64,000 bases of DNA from Deltaproteobacteria bacterium (GTDB lineage Bacteria > Myxococcota_A > Polyangia > Fen-1088): assembly GCA_033763315.1 (NCBI GenBank), contig JANRKS010000016.1, positions 64,001 to 128,000 on the forward strand, written 5' to 3'. Shown in pieces: positions 20,764 to 30,123 of this stretch. The notes beneath the pieces were generated by a model, which worked only from the letters and a program-made list of their open reading frames with translations, was not told the DNA's origin and searched no databases. Numbering within the stretch: position 1 is the first letter of the stretch; every line of letters starts with the position of its first letter. A program made the position numbers and the translations under genes.

Positions 20764-21557
20764 CAGCGAGCGCCTCGCTGCAATGCCCACGCCAGCACGC
20801 GGCCCACCGCCACGCCAAGCAACGCCAACCCAACCAACACCAGCGCCAGCGCCTTGGCCAAACCCACGTCGCTTTCAAGCGCCGCGTAGATCGCCAACGG
20901 CATCGTTTGCGTGCGGCCCGGCAGATTTCCCGCGAAGAACAGCGTGGCGCCAAACTCGCCCAAGGCGCGCGCCCAAGCCATCGCGGCGCCCGACATCAAC
21001 GCCGGCAATGCCAATGGCACAAGCACATGCGTGAACACGCGGCGTTGCGACGCGCCCAGCGTGCGCGCCACAAGCAGCGCATCATCATCGATCGCTGCGA
21101 AGCCCAGTTGCGCGGCGGCCACAAAAAATGGCACCGCCACGATCGTTTGCGCCAACACCACCGCGGTGGTGGTAAACGCCACGTGAATGCCGGCGCGAGC
21201 GAACCAGCCTCCCAGCACCCCTTGAGAGCCGAACGCCAGCAGCAAAGCGAAGCCCATCACCGCCGGGGGAAGCAGCACAGGCAAACGCAACAAACCGGTT
21301 ATCGCCTTGACCAGGTTCGAGTTGTGTTTGCGCGACAACCACCAAGCCAACGGCGTTCCCGCGGCGATGATGAGCGCCAGGCTGATCGATGTGGTCTTCA
21401 AACTCACCAACAACGCCTGCAACAACGCGGGTGAACGCCACGCCGCAATCACATCAGCGAGCGAGGCGGACCACACCATCGCCAATAGCGGCAACGCCAA
21501 CAGCGCCACCAAGAGGGCCGCCAGCGTGCGGCCTCCTTGTCGCAGCCACGTGTTCAT
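20763..21557 (-). CDS. modB: Molybdate ABC transporter permease
   Basis: LPVLLPPAV and ARALGEFGAT..FAGNLPGRTQTMPLAIY motifs. Confidence 0.92.
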   Translation of the reverse strand: MNTWLRQGGRTLAALLVALLALPLLAMVWSASLADVIAAWRSPALLQALLVSLKTTSISLALIIAAGTPLAWWLSRKHNSNLVKAITGLLRLPVLLPPAVMGFALLLAFGSQGVLGGWFARAGIHVAFTTTAVVLAQTIVAVPFFVAAAQLGFAAIDDDALLVARTLGASQRRVFTHVLVPLALPALMSGAAMAWARALGEFGATLFFAGNLPGRTQTMPLAIYAALESDVGLAKALALVLVGLALLGVAVGRVLAWALQRGAR

Positions 21558-22333
21558 GGCGCGTCCACGGCCAAAAAGCCGCGCTTGCGCAAGAGCGCCT
21601 GACCTTGTGACGATAACAAGAAACGCATGAACGCACCCGTCGACTGCAGCGTATGCGTGCGCAAGACCTTGGCGACGACGTACCGCGTGGGCGCGACCAA
21701 CGCCTCGGGCAACGCGATCGCTTTTGCACCACCGCCCTCGCGCACATCCGTGTTGTAAACAAAGGCCGCATCGACTTCGCCCAGTTGCACCTTCGCCAAC
21801 GCCAAGCGCACATTCGCTTCGTAAGAAATCACATGCCGGTTCACGGCGTCCACGAACTCGTCGCCGTACGTTTCTCGCGCGCGCTCAAGCAACTCTTTGG
21901 TGTAGGCGCCAATCGGAACATTGGGGGCGCCCATCACAATGCGCGGTGTGCGCGCCAGATCTTCAAAGCCTTCGACATTGGCGGGATTGTTCCGCGGCAC
22001 CGCAATCACCAAGGTGTTTTGCGCAAACACCGCCACGTCATCCACCCTGCCCGCTTGCACCAACGCGTCCATTTGCGCTTCGTTGGCGGACGCAAAGACA
22101 TCGGCCGGCGCTCCTTGTTCGATTTGCAGGCGCAGCACCTGGCTGCCCGCAAAGTTCAGCAGCACCGTGACCTCGGGATGCTGCGCTTCGAACGCCGCCG
22201 CCACGTCTGTAAATCCTTCCGTCAACGACGACGCGGCCAGCACGCGTAGCTCTTCATGCACGACCGGCGTTTGCTTGTGGCACGCGCCGAGGCTCAGCCA
22301 GCCGAACGTGATCCAGGCCAACCCGCGCCACAT
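21554..22333 (-). CDS. modA: Molybdate-binding lipoprotein
   Basis: AASSL, FAGSQ.L..QIEQGAPADVFASA and GEVDAAFVY motifs. Confidence 0.92.
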   Translation of the reverse strand: MWRGLAWITFGWLSLGACHKQTPVVHEELRVLAASSLTEGFTDVAAAFEAQHPEVTVLLNFAGSQVLRLQIEQGAPADVFASANEAQMDALVQAGRVDDVAVFAQNTLVIAVPRNNPANVEGFEDLARTPRIVMGAPNVPIGAYTKELLERARETYGDEFVDAVNRHVISYEANVRLALAKVQLGEVDAAFVYNTDVREGGGAKAIALPEALVAPTRYVVAKVLRTHTLQSTGAFMRFLLSSQGQALLRKRGFLAVDAP

Positions 22334-22340
22334 GCCATCC

Positions 22341-24080
22341 CTACATTTGTTGCGGGGCACCGATGCCAAGCAGGCTCAGCCCCTGCGCTAACACGCGCGC
22401 CGTAAGCCCACACAAAGCCAAGCGCGAACTGCGCGTGTCGCCCTCAGACTTTAACACCGGGCACTTTTCGTAAAACCCGCTGAACAAGCTGGCCAAGTCA
22501 TAAAGGTAGAGGCACACGCGGTGCGGCTGCAACGATTCGGCGGTTTTTTCCACCACGCTGCCGAAGCCCAGCAAGTGCAAGCCCAGCGCTCTTTCTTCGG
22601 GCGCTGCCAAGGTCACTTGCAAGTTGGTTTCTTCGCCGTTCGCCAGGCCCGCTTTGCGCAAGATCGAACGAATGCGCGCGTGCGCGTACATCAGATAGGG
22701 TGCCGTGTTGCCTTCGAAGGCCAGCATGCGATCCCAATCAAACACATAGTCTTTGATGCGATCGTTAGACAGATCGGCGTACTTGATGGCGCCCAATCCG
22801 ACTTGCTCGGCGATCTGTTGCTGCTCTGTCGCTGGCAACTCCGGCGATTTTTCAGACACCACCTTGCGGGCACGCTCGATCGCTTCATCGCACAGCGACG
22901 ACAAGCTGATGGAGTCACCCGAGCGGGTTTTATACATCTTTTTGTCTTGGCCAAGCACCGAACCAAAAGCCACGTGCTCAAGACGCAGCGAGGGTGGCGC
23001 CCAGCCCGCCAAGCGCGCCACCGCAAACACCATCGCCAAGTGTTGGCTTTGCGGCGCGCCCACCACGATGATGATGCGAGCCGCGTGCAATGTGTTTACG
23101 CGGTAGCGCACGGCCGCAAGATCGGTGGTGGCATAACCATAACCACCGTCTTGTTTACGCACGATCAGCGGCACGGGCTCGCCTTCACGACCCGTAAAGC
23201 CTTCCGGAAACACGCACATCGCGTTTTCGCTTTCACGCGCCAAACCCAGCGCCTGCAGATCAGATACGACCGCAGGCAGATCGGCATTGTAGGCACTTTC
23301 CCCTCGCACATCCGCGGGCCCAAGGGTGATGCCCATGCGCTGGTATTGCGACGTCATGTAGTCAACAGACGCGTCGACGAGGCGCCGCCACAGGCGCAAC
23401 GTCTCGGCGTCACCCTGCTGCAACAACACCACACGCTGACGAGCACGCTCGGCAAACGCAGGGTCGGCATCGAACTTGGCGCGCGCCGCTTTGTAGAGCA
23501 GCACCAAGGCACGCACGCTGTCGTCGTTGCCGGTTTGTTGTTCGTCCAGCATGTGCTCGATCAACATGCCGAACGGCGTGCCCCAATCACCGATGTGGTT
23601 TTGGCGAATAACGTTGTGGCCCAAGAACGACAACAAACGCACGATCGCGTCGCCGATGATCGTGCTGCGCAAATGCCCCACGTGCATCTCTTTGGCGACG
23701 TTGGGCGAGGAGTAATCCACCACCACGTTCTCGGGCGCGAGCACGGGCGGCACGCCCAAGCGTTCGTCCGCCGCCATTTGGTTCACCACGCGGTTGAGGA
23801 ACGCAGGCTGCAGGGTGATGTTGATAAATCCCGGCCCCGACACGTCCACGGCGGCGATCACATCGTCGGACGGCAAATGCGCCACCAAAGCTGTGGCCAC
23901 ATCGCGCGGGCTGCGCTTGAGCTTGCGGGCCAACGCCATTGCCACATCGGCTTGGTAATCCGCATGGGCTGACCGGTGAATGGCGGGATCGGCGCCGACG
24001 CCATCGCCACCAAAGGCGGCAGACAAGGCCGCCGCAAAACGCTCGCGCAGAAAATTATGGGGATCGATCACAAGGCCCAA
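22341..24080 (-). CDS. argS: Arginine--tRNA ligase
   Basis: VDYSSPNVAKEMHVGHLRST, NHIGDWG and GNTAPYLMYAHARI motifs. Confidence 0.97.
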   Translation of the reverse strand: MGLVIDPHNFLRERFAAALSAAFGGDGVGADPAIHRSAHADYQADVAMALARKLKRSPRDVATALVAHLPSDDVIAAVDVSGPGFINITLQPAFLNRVVNQMAADERLGVPPVLAPENVVVDYSSPNVAKEMHVGHLRSTIIGDAIVRLLSFLGHNVIRQNHIGDWGTPFGMLIEHMLDEQQTGNDDSVRALVLLYKAARAKFDADPAFAERARQRVVLLQQGDAETLRLWRRLVDASVDYMTSQYQRMGITLGPADVRGESAYNADLPAVVSDLQALGLARESENAMCVFPEGFTGREGEPVPLIVRKQDGGYGYATTDLAAVRYRVNTLHAARIIIVVGAPQSQHLAMVFAVARLAGWAPPSLRLEHVAFGSVLGQDKKMYKTRSGDSISLSSLCDEAIERARKVVSEKSPELPATEQQQIAEQVGLGAIKYADLSNDRIKDYVFDWDRMLAFEGNTAPYLMYAHARIRSILRKAGLANGEETNLQVTLAAPEERALGLHLLGFGSVVEKTAESLQPHRVCLYLYDLASLFSGFYEKCPVLKSEGDTRSSRLALCGLTARVLAQGLSLLGIGAPQQM

Positions 24081-24171
24081 GTCGTACCATTTGTGGCCCG
24101 CGCTTGCACCATCCCTGCTTCATCGCACGAATGGGCATTGCAAAGCGGGCATAGTGTGCTGAGTTTGCGGG

Positions 24172-25437
24172 ATGGCAGCGCATCGCCCCTTCGCGGGATT
24201 GGACTTTGGCACCACCAACACTGCGCTGGGTTTGGTGCACGACACCGGCGACATTGCGTTGGCCCCCCTCCCCAACCCGGGCAGACCGGACGGAAGCACG
24301 TGGCGAACGGTGCTGTTCTTCGAGCCCGACGCGCCCCCCAGCGCCGGCAACGTGGCCATCGACCGGTTCATGCAAGCAGGCGGCGAAGGGCGCCTCATCC
24401 AATCGATCAAGTCCCACTTGGCGAGTGCGGCTTTCAAGAAAACCGTGATTTTGGGGCGCGCCTACAGCCTTGAGACGTTGATCGCCACGTACCTGCGCCA
24501 CTTCATTGCCGCGGTGAAATTGGCACCTGAAACCAAGGTGGTGGTGGGCCGGCCCGTTCGGTATTGGGGCGCGCAAGACGACAACGACGAGGCCCTGGCG
24601 CTCGAGCGCATGCGTGACGCGCTGGCTTCTGCCGGCTTTGGCGAAGCGGTGTTTGAGTATGAACCCGTGGCCGCGGCGCTGCGCTACGCAGCCAAGTTGG
24701 ATCACGAAGAGCTGATCATGGTGGCCGACTTCGGCGGCGGCACGAGCGACTTTTCTTTGGTGCGCGTGGGGCCCAAGGTGGAACCTGGTGAGCGCAAGGC
24801 CATTTTGGCCACGTCCGGCTTGGGCGTGGGCGGCGACAGCTTTGATGCGCGCGTGATCGACGCCGCCGTGGCCCCGCAGCTGGGCCTGCACACCACTTAT
24901 AAGGATGAATTCGGCGCGGAAACGCCTGTGCCTGCCGCGCTGTTCGGCAAGCTGCGCCGCTGGCACTACCTTTCGTTCCTCAAGGACGCGCGCACGCTGC
25001 AACTGCTCGAGCGCATTGAGCACGGCACCCACGACAAGCAGAAGATCGGGCGCATGCTGAGCTTGGTGCGCGATGAATTGGGCCTGCCGCTTCACCGCGC
25101 CGTGGAGCAAGCCAAAGTGCAGCTGTCCGCGGCCGCCTCAGGCGCCCTGCAGTTTCCGGACGTGGATCTAGACGTACCTCTGCTGCGCCAGGATTTCGAG
25201 CAGTGGATCGTGGAGGAGCTGGGTGCCATCGACACAACCATCGACGACATGCTGGCCAAAGCGGGCATCTCCGCGGCCGACGTCGACACCGTGTTCGCCA
25301 CGGGCGGATCGTCCCTGGTACCCGTTGTGCGGCAACGGCTGGCCGCACGCTTTGGGGCGCAAAAGTTGTTGGGCGGCGAAGAGCTCACCTCGGTTGCCTG
25401 GGGCCTGGCCGCGCGGGCGCGCGACGTGTTCGCTTGA
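24172..25437 (+). CDS. Hsp70-family protein, YegD-like
   Basis: GLDFGTTN, EPVAAA, DFGGGTSDF and TGGSS motifs. Confidence 0.9.
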   Translation: MAAHRPFAGLDFGTTNTALGLVHDTGDIALAPLPNPGRPDGSTWRTVLFFEPDAPPSAGNVAIDRFMQAGGEGRLIQSIKSHLASAAFKKTVILGRAYSLETLIATYLRHFIAAVKLAPETKVVVGRPVRYWGAQDDNDEALALERMRDALASAGFGEAVFEYEPVAAALRYAAKLDHEELIMVADFGGGTSDFSLVRVGPKVEPGERKAILATSGLGVGGDSFDARVIDAAVAPQLGLHTTYKDEFGAETPVPAALFGKLRRWHYLSFLKDARTLQLLERIEHGTHDKQKIGRMLSLVRDELGLPLHRAVEQAKVQLSAAASGALQFPDVDLDVPLLRQDFEQWIVEELGAIDTTIDDMLAKAGISAADVDTVFATGGSSLVPVVRQRLAARFGAQKLLGGEELTSVAWGLAARARDVFA

Positions 25438-25489
25438 CCAGGAGGGCGCATCGCTTGCCCGCGTGGCCCCCAGCGGCCACAATGGCGCC

Positions 25490-25948
25490 ATGGATCTCTT
25501 CGCGGAGTTGACCGAGTTGCTGCTGCAGATGCGGCAGCGGCACGTTGACTACGCCATCTGTGGGGGCATCGCGCTGGCAGTACACGGCGTGCCACGGGCA
25601 ACCCAAGACATCGATATCCTCATCCCCGAAACGTTCGTGCCTGCGGTGCGGGAGAGCGCGCGCGCTTGCGGCTTTATCTTTGAGACGGAGCCGCTTGAGT
25701 TTACCGCGAGCGGCGTCACGATTATTCGCTTCACGAAGGTCTTGCCAGACGGGCAACCTCTAATGCTCGACGCACTTTTGGCAAACGGACCGCTTTATCG
25801 CATCTGGGAAGGCCGCGAGACTTTGGAGTTTGAGGGCGGTGCCGTTGTGGTGGTCTCTAAGCAAGGCCTGATTTCGCTCAAGCTGGCTGCGGGTCGTCCG
25901 CAGGACATCGCTGATGTGCAGAAGCTGACGGAGGCCAGCCGTGGTTGA
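25490..25948 (+). CDS. Pol-beta superfamily nucleotidyltransferase
   Basis: GG.A...HG..RATQDID and LK..AGRPQD..D motifs; ATG at 25490. Confidence 0.8.
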   Translation: MDLFAELTELLLQMRQRHVDYAICGGIALAVHGVPRATQDIDILIPETFVPAVRESARACGFIFETEPLEFTASGVTIIRFTKVLPDGQPLMLDALLANGPLYRIWEGRETLEFEGGAVVVVSKQGLISLKLAAGRPQDIADVQKLTEASRG

Positions 25949-26153
25949 TATGAGCTGCAAAGCCATCACTGAGCGCCTAAAGCTCATGGCGGCCCTGCAG
26001 CAACAACGAGGATCCGTGGTTAAAGGGGTCGATATGTCGGCGGCCGGGGTTACCCGGCGTCTGAAAATGCAAAGCGCCTTGAGCAGCCTCTGCTTCAAGT
26101 TGGCAAAGGCCCACGCGCCTCCCGCTTCGCAGCGACCATCGCGGCAGGGTTAA
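25941..26153 (+). CDS. Small protein with two VDMS...T.RLK repeats, coupled to the nucleotidyltransferase
   Basis: GGAGG before GTG; overlaps the upstream stop. Confidence 0.65.
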   Translation: MVDMSCKAITERLKLMAALQQQRGSVVKGVDMSAAGVTRRLKMQSALSSLCFKLAKAHAPPASQRPSRQG

Positions 26154-26512
26154 TCGACAAAGGGGCCCGGGGGCCGCATTCCCAACGCGATTCGCAACGC
26201 AGCAGGGTTTGAACCCCTGTCCGCAAACCATGAAATGGCAGGTTTGTGTCTAAAACCTCACTTTCCGCCACTGCGATGTCCCAGGGACTCCCTGTTTCGG
26301 CAGAAATCTCACGTTTACGGTGCGGCCTGTGACGACTTTTTGCAAAATTGGACAGAGAAAGAGCACATTCAAAAGACACATCGCGTCTCAAAAGCAAAAA
26401 TGGCTGTCGAAAACCGCGTTTTGCTTTGACACGCTCAAAAACGGGAGTACCTTCCAATCCCTGGGGTGCCCTTGGGCACTCGTACCGTTCACCGTTTAGC
26501 GAAGGAAAAATC

Positions 26513-28300
26513 ATGTCGGACACCACAGCACGCGCACCCGCCCCTCCAACCGCAGCCCGGTCAGAGTCGACGGTCGCTGTAAAGGCACCGGCAAAGACGC
26601 TGACGGGCGGCGAGCGAGTGATCCAGTTCCTTGAAAAAGAAGGCGTGGAATACATCTTCGGCCTCTCGGGCGGCGCCGCCATGCCGCTTTTCGACGCGTT
26701 GATCGATTCCAAGATCAAGCTCATCCTCACCCGGCACGAGCAGGGCGCCACGCACATGGCCGATGGCTATGCGCGCGCCACGGGTCGCCCGGGCGTGGCC
26801 TTGGTGACCTCGGGTCCTGGCGCCACCAACGCCGTGACCGGTCTGCTCACCGCGATCATGGACTCGGTGCCGATGATTGTGCTGACGGGCCAAACCATCA
26901 CGCCGATGTTGGGCAAGGACGCTTTCCAAGAAGCAGACGTCACCGGCATCACCTACCCGGTGGTGAAGCACAGCTACTTGGTGAAGAACCCCAACGACAT
27001 CCCCCGCGTGATGCGCGAAGCGTTCTACATCGCCACCACGGGCCGCCCTGGTCCTGTGTTGATCGATCTTCCGAAGGACGTCACCAGCGCGCCTTGCACG
27101 GCGCCTGATGTGGCTTCCGTGACGCTGCCTGGATACCACATCCCTTCGCGGGCCGATGAGTTGTCGGTGCGCAAGGCAGCGGCGCTCATGTCGGCAGCCA
27201 AGCGCCCCGTGCTTTACGTGGGCCACGGCTCGGTGATCGCGAACGCGGGCGAAGCCATCTATAAATTGGCTGAAAAGCTGCAAGCACCGATCGTGAACAC
27301 GCTTTTGGGCAAAGGCGCCGTTCCCGAAGACAAGCCTTTGCACTTGGGCATGTTGGGTATGCACGGCACGGCGTATGCCAATAAGGCTGTGGCCGATACG
27401 GATTGCATCGTGGCCATTGGCGCACGTTGGGACGATCGCATCACAGGCAAGCTCAGCGAGTTCTGCCCCACCGCAACCAAGATCCACATCGACATCGATC
27501 CGGCGGAATTCAACAAGATCATCCGCCCCGATGTGAGCCTGGCGGGCGACGCTCGTTTGGTGGTGGAGGATATCTTGCCGCACGTCACTCAGTGCGACAG
27601 CGCCGCGTGGCTTGAGCAAGTGGCTTCGTGGCGCAAGCAATTCCCGCTCAAATACAGCAAAAAAGGCGGGTTGCGCGCGCAGCACGTGTTGGATCGTTTG
27701 GACGCGCTCGGCGGCCGCGACGCCATCATCACCACCGACGTGGGCCAACACCAAATGTGGGCCGCGCAGTTCTGCTTGACCACGAAGAACCGTCACTGGT
27801 TGTCTTCAGGGGGCGCAGGCACGATGGGCTTCGGTTTCCCCTCGGCCATCGGCGCGCAATTCGCTTTCCCGAACAAGCAAGTGTGGACGGTGGTTGGCGA
27901 TGGCGGCTTTCAGATGACGTTGTGTGAATTGGCCACGGCCGCTTTGCACAAGTTGCCTGTGAAGATCCTCATCATCAACAACGCATATCTCGGCATGATT
28001 CGCCAATGGCAAGAGTTGTTCTATGACAACCGTCTTTCCGGTGCCGACTTGGAAGGCAACCCTGACTTCGTGAAGTTGGGTCAAGCCTATGGCGTCAAGG
28101 GCTTCCGCATCACCCGCCCCGGCGATGTGGATCGCGTGCTCAAGGCCGCCATGGCTTACAACGATGGCCCGTGCATCATCGACGCCGAAGTGGTCAAGGA
28201 GGACAACGTGTTCCCCATGATCCCCGCTGGCGCCGCCTTAAAGGACATGTTGATCGAGCGGCCCAAGACCAAGCTCGCGAAACCTGAAGGTTCAACATAG
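26513..28300 (+). CDS. ilvB: Acetolactate synthase large subunit
   Basis: [22 protein letters not shown] and GDGGFQM; GAAGG before ATG at 26513. Confidence 0.96.
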   Translation: MSDTTARAPAPPTAARSESTVAVKAPAKTLTGGERVIQFLEKEGVEYIFGLSGGAAMPLFDALIDSKIKLILTRHEQGATHMADGYARATGRPGVALVTSGPGATNAVTGLLTAIMDSVPMIVLTGQTITPMLGKDAFQEADVTGITYPVVKHSYLVKNPNDIPRVMREAFYIATTGRPGPVLIDLPKDVTSAPCTAPDVASVTLPGYHIPSRADELSVRKAAALMSAAKRPVLYVGHGSVIANAGEAIYKLAEKLQAPIVNTLLGKGAVPEDKPLHLGMLGMHGTAYANKAVADTDCIVAIGARWDDRITGKLSEFCPTATKIHIDIDPAEFNKIIRPDVSLAGDARLVVEDILPHVTQCDSAAWLEQVASWRKQFPLKYSKKGGLRAQHVLDRLDALGGRDAIITTDVGQHQMWAAQFCLTTKNRHWLSSGGAGTMGFGFPSAIGAQFAFPNKQVWTVVGDGGFQMTLCELATAALHKLPVKILIINNAYLGMIRQWQELFYDNRLSGADLEGNPDFVKLGQAYGVKGFRITRPGDVDRVLKAAMAYNDGPCIIDAEVVKEDNVFPMIPAGAALKDMLIERPKTKLAKPEGST

Positions 28301-28311
28301 GAGCTTAGACC

Positions 28312-28860
28312 ATGACCACTTTAACAAGTTTAACAGCCCTTCCGCTTTCGCATTTTGCGCCTGAAGATCAGCCGCTTCACACCATTTCGTTGTTGGTTCG
28401 TAACCAACCTGGCGTTCTGGTGCGCGTGGCTTTGGTGTTCTCACGCCGTGGTTACAACATCGAAAGCTTGGTGGTTTCACCAGGCATTGAAGACACGTTG
28501 TACTCGCGCATGACGATCACCTGCCGCGGCGAGACCAACACGCTTGAGCAGATCATCAAGCAGCTGTTCAAGCTGATCGACGTTGTTCAAGCCGTGGATC
28601 ACACGGGTCAGTCCGTCGTGGAAACAGAGATCGCGTTGATCAAGATCAAGGCTTCTTTGAACGCTCGCACGGAAGTTCTGCAGATTGCGGAACACTACAA
28701 GGCGAACATCAAGGATTACCAGGCCGATTCGTTGATCATTCAGGTGTCGGGCCAAACCGATAAACTTGATACCTTCATCGATCTGCTGCGCCCCTTCGGC
28801 GTGGTTGAGCTGGTTCGCTCAGGCAAGCTGCTGATGGCCCGCGGCGCCGACGCGACGTAG
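28312..28860 (+). CDS. ilvH: Acetolactate synthase regulatory subunit
   Basis: LVRNQPGVLVRV..VFSRRGYNIESL and ELVRSG motifs. Confidence 0.94.
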   Translation: MTTLTSLTALPLSHFAPEDQPLHTISLLVRNQPGVLVRVALVFSRRGYNIESLVVSPGIEDTLYSRMTITCRGETNTLEQIIKQLFKLIDVVQAVDHTGQSVVETEIALIKIKASLNARTEVLQIAEHYKANIKDYQADSLIIQVSGQTDKLDTFIDLLRPFGVVELVRSGKLLMARGADAT

Positions 28861-28961
28861 CATCAGCAATCAACTCGCGGCAGCGCTCGCACCCTATGGG
28901 TCGGGCGCTGTTTGCGTTTGCGGGAAGCGGCACGCGGCCAGGGACGTTGCATAATGGGCGC

Positions 28962-29270
28962 ATGGCTTCGATCACGCCGAACCCCGAGACCATTCGCGAC
29001 TTCCCGAACGCCGCTGCTTTTGAGCGGTGGCTCAAAGCGAACCACAACAAAGCCACCGAGCTGTGGCTCAAGATCCACAAGAAGGGCTCGGGCTTAGCCG
29101 CTTTGGATAAGGCACCTAAAGCGAAAGCCCATTTCGCAAAGCTCAACAGCGCCAACCGTTACGCCATCTGCTTTCGGTTGCACAACACCAAGACGGCCGC
29201 GGCCCGCGTCAAGAAGTTAGCTGAGTTCATTGCCATGTTGGCCAAAGGGCAACAGATCCACCCGCAGTAG
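28962..29270 (+). CDS. YdeI/OmdA-like protein, apparently internally shortened (102 aa)
   Basis: FERWL..NH....ELWLKIHKKGSG joined directly to F..LNSANRYAI.FRLH..K...R. Confidence 0.65.
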   Translation: MASITPNPETIRDFPNAAAFERWLKANHNKATELWLKIHKKGSGLAALDKAPKAKAHFAKLNSANRYAICFRLHNTKTAAARVKKLAEFIAMLAKGQQIHPQ

Positions 29271-29421
29271 GCGCCGCCTCCGGCGGGTGTCACGCCACTT
29301 CAGAAACCGCGGCGCGACGAGATCACGACAGCGCTGTCGTTGCTCAGCGTGGTTTTGCCGAAAGAATCTGCCGATCCGGGCGGCTTTTCTCGCTGGTCCG
29401 AGCGTTGCAGAAGCGCAACGC

Positions 29422-30006
29422 ATGAAGTTCAAACAAAGCCCTTGGCTTACGTGCGTTGCTGGCGCGGCACTGTTGGCAAACCTCACCGGCGTTGCGTATG
29501 CGGAAGCCACACCGGATCAACCTCACCGCCCGCGTGCGTGGGCGATGGCCACCACGATCGGCGCCGTGGTGGCTGCGAACGTGGTTTTGGCCGCAGGTGC
29601 AAAAGACGCAAAAGGCGCCCCTTCCGAGGTGAGCGCCGCTGTCGCGGGAGGGCTGTTCGGGTACGCCTTGGTGCTGGGCCCTTTGCCGGGGCATATGCTT
29701 GCGGATCGGACGGGCTACGGCGCTGCCGCGGCGCTTGGCCGCTTGGCGTTGATTGGGGCCGGGCTCGGACTGGACTACGCCTTATTCCTGCGCCATTCCG
29801 ATGGCGGCGACCCCATCCCTGCTTTCACTTTGTTGGCCACGTGTGCATCGGTGGCATGGACGGTGGTGGATCTCGTAAAGCTGCCCTCGGTTTATCCTGA
29901 CGCGCGCGTGGCCCACAAAACACAAAGCTTTGCTTTTGCACCCACGATCGGAGCTTCGCCGCACACCGTGACTTCAGCGGGCGTGAGCATGATGGGCCGG
30001 TTCTAG
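29422..30006 (+). CDS. Hypothetical membrane/exported protein
   Basis: Signal peptide, several hydrophobic helices and C-terminal GRF. Confidence 0.6.
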   Translation: MKFKQSPWLTCVAGAALLANLTGVAYAEATPDQPHRPRAWAMATTIGAVVAANVVLAAGAKDAKGAPSEVSAAVAGGLFGYALVLGPLPGHMLADRTGYGAAAALGRLALIGAGLGLDYALFLRHSDGGDPIPAFTLLATCASVAWTVVDLVKLPSVYPDARVAHKTQSFAFAPTIGASPHTVTSAGVSMMGRF

Positions 30007-30123
30007 CCTTTGCGCGCGCCGCCTTGCTTCCCTAAGGCCCACGCCATTAGTGAGGCTTAAGGCACCCCCGGTGCCCATACACGTCTGTGGTATTCTGGCG
30101 GGCTCAACTGACCGCCGAGACGT

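Noticed and set aside
26154-26512. ilv attenuator or leader peptide
   Set aside because: No Ile/Leu/Val-rich short ORF and no terminator hairpin with a U-tract.
22521-27796. Long antisense ORFs (22521-23972, 24055-25110, 26561-27796; similarly 6600-7475 and 8282-9073)
   Set aside because: Shadow frames of argS, yegD, ilvB and other genes, caused by high-GC codon bias.
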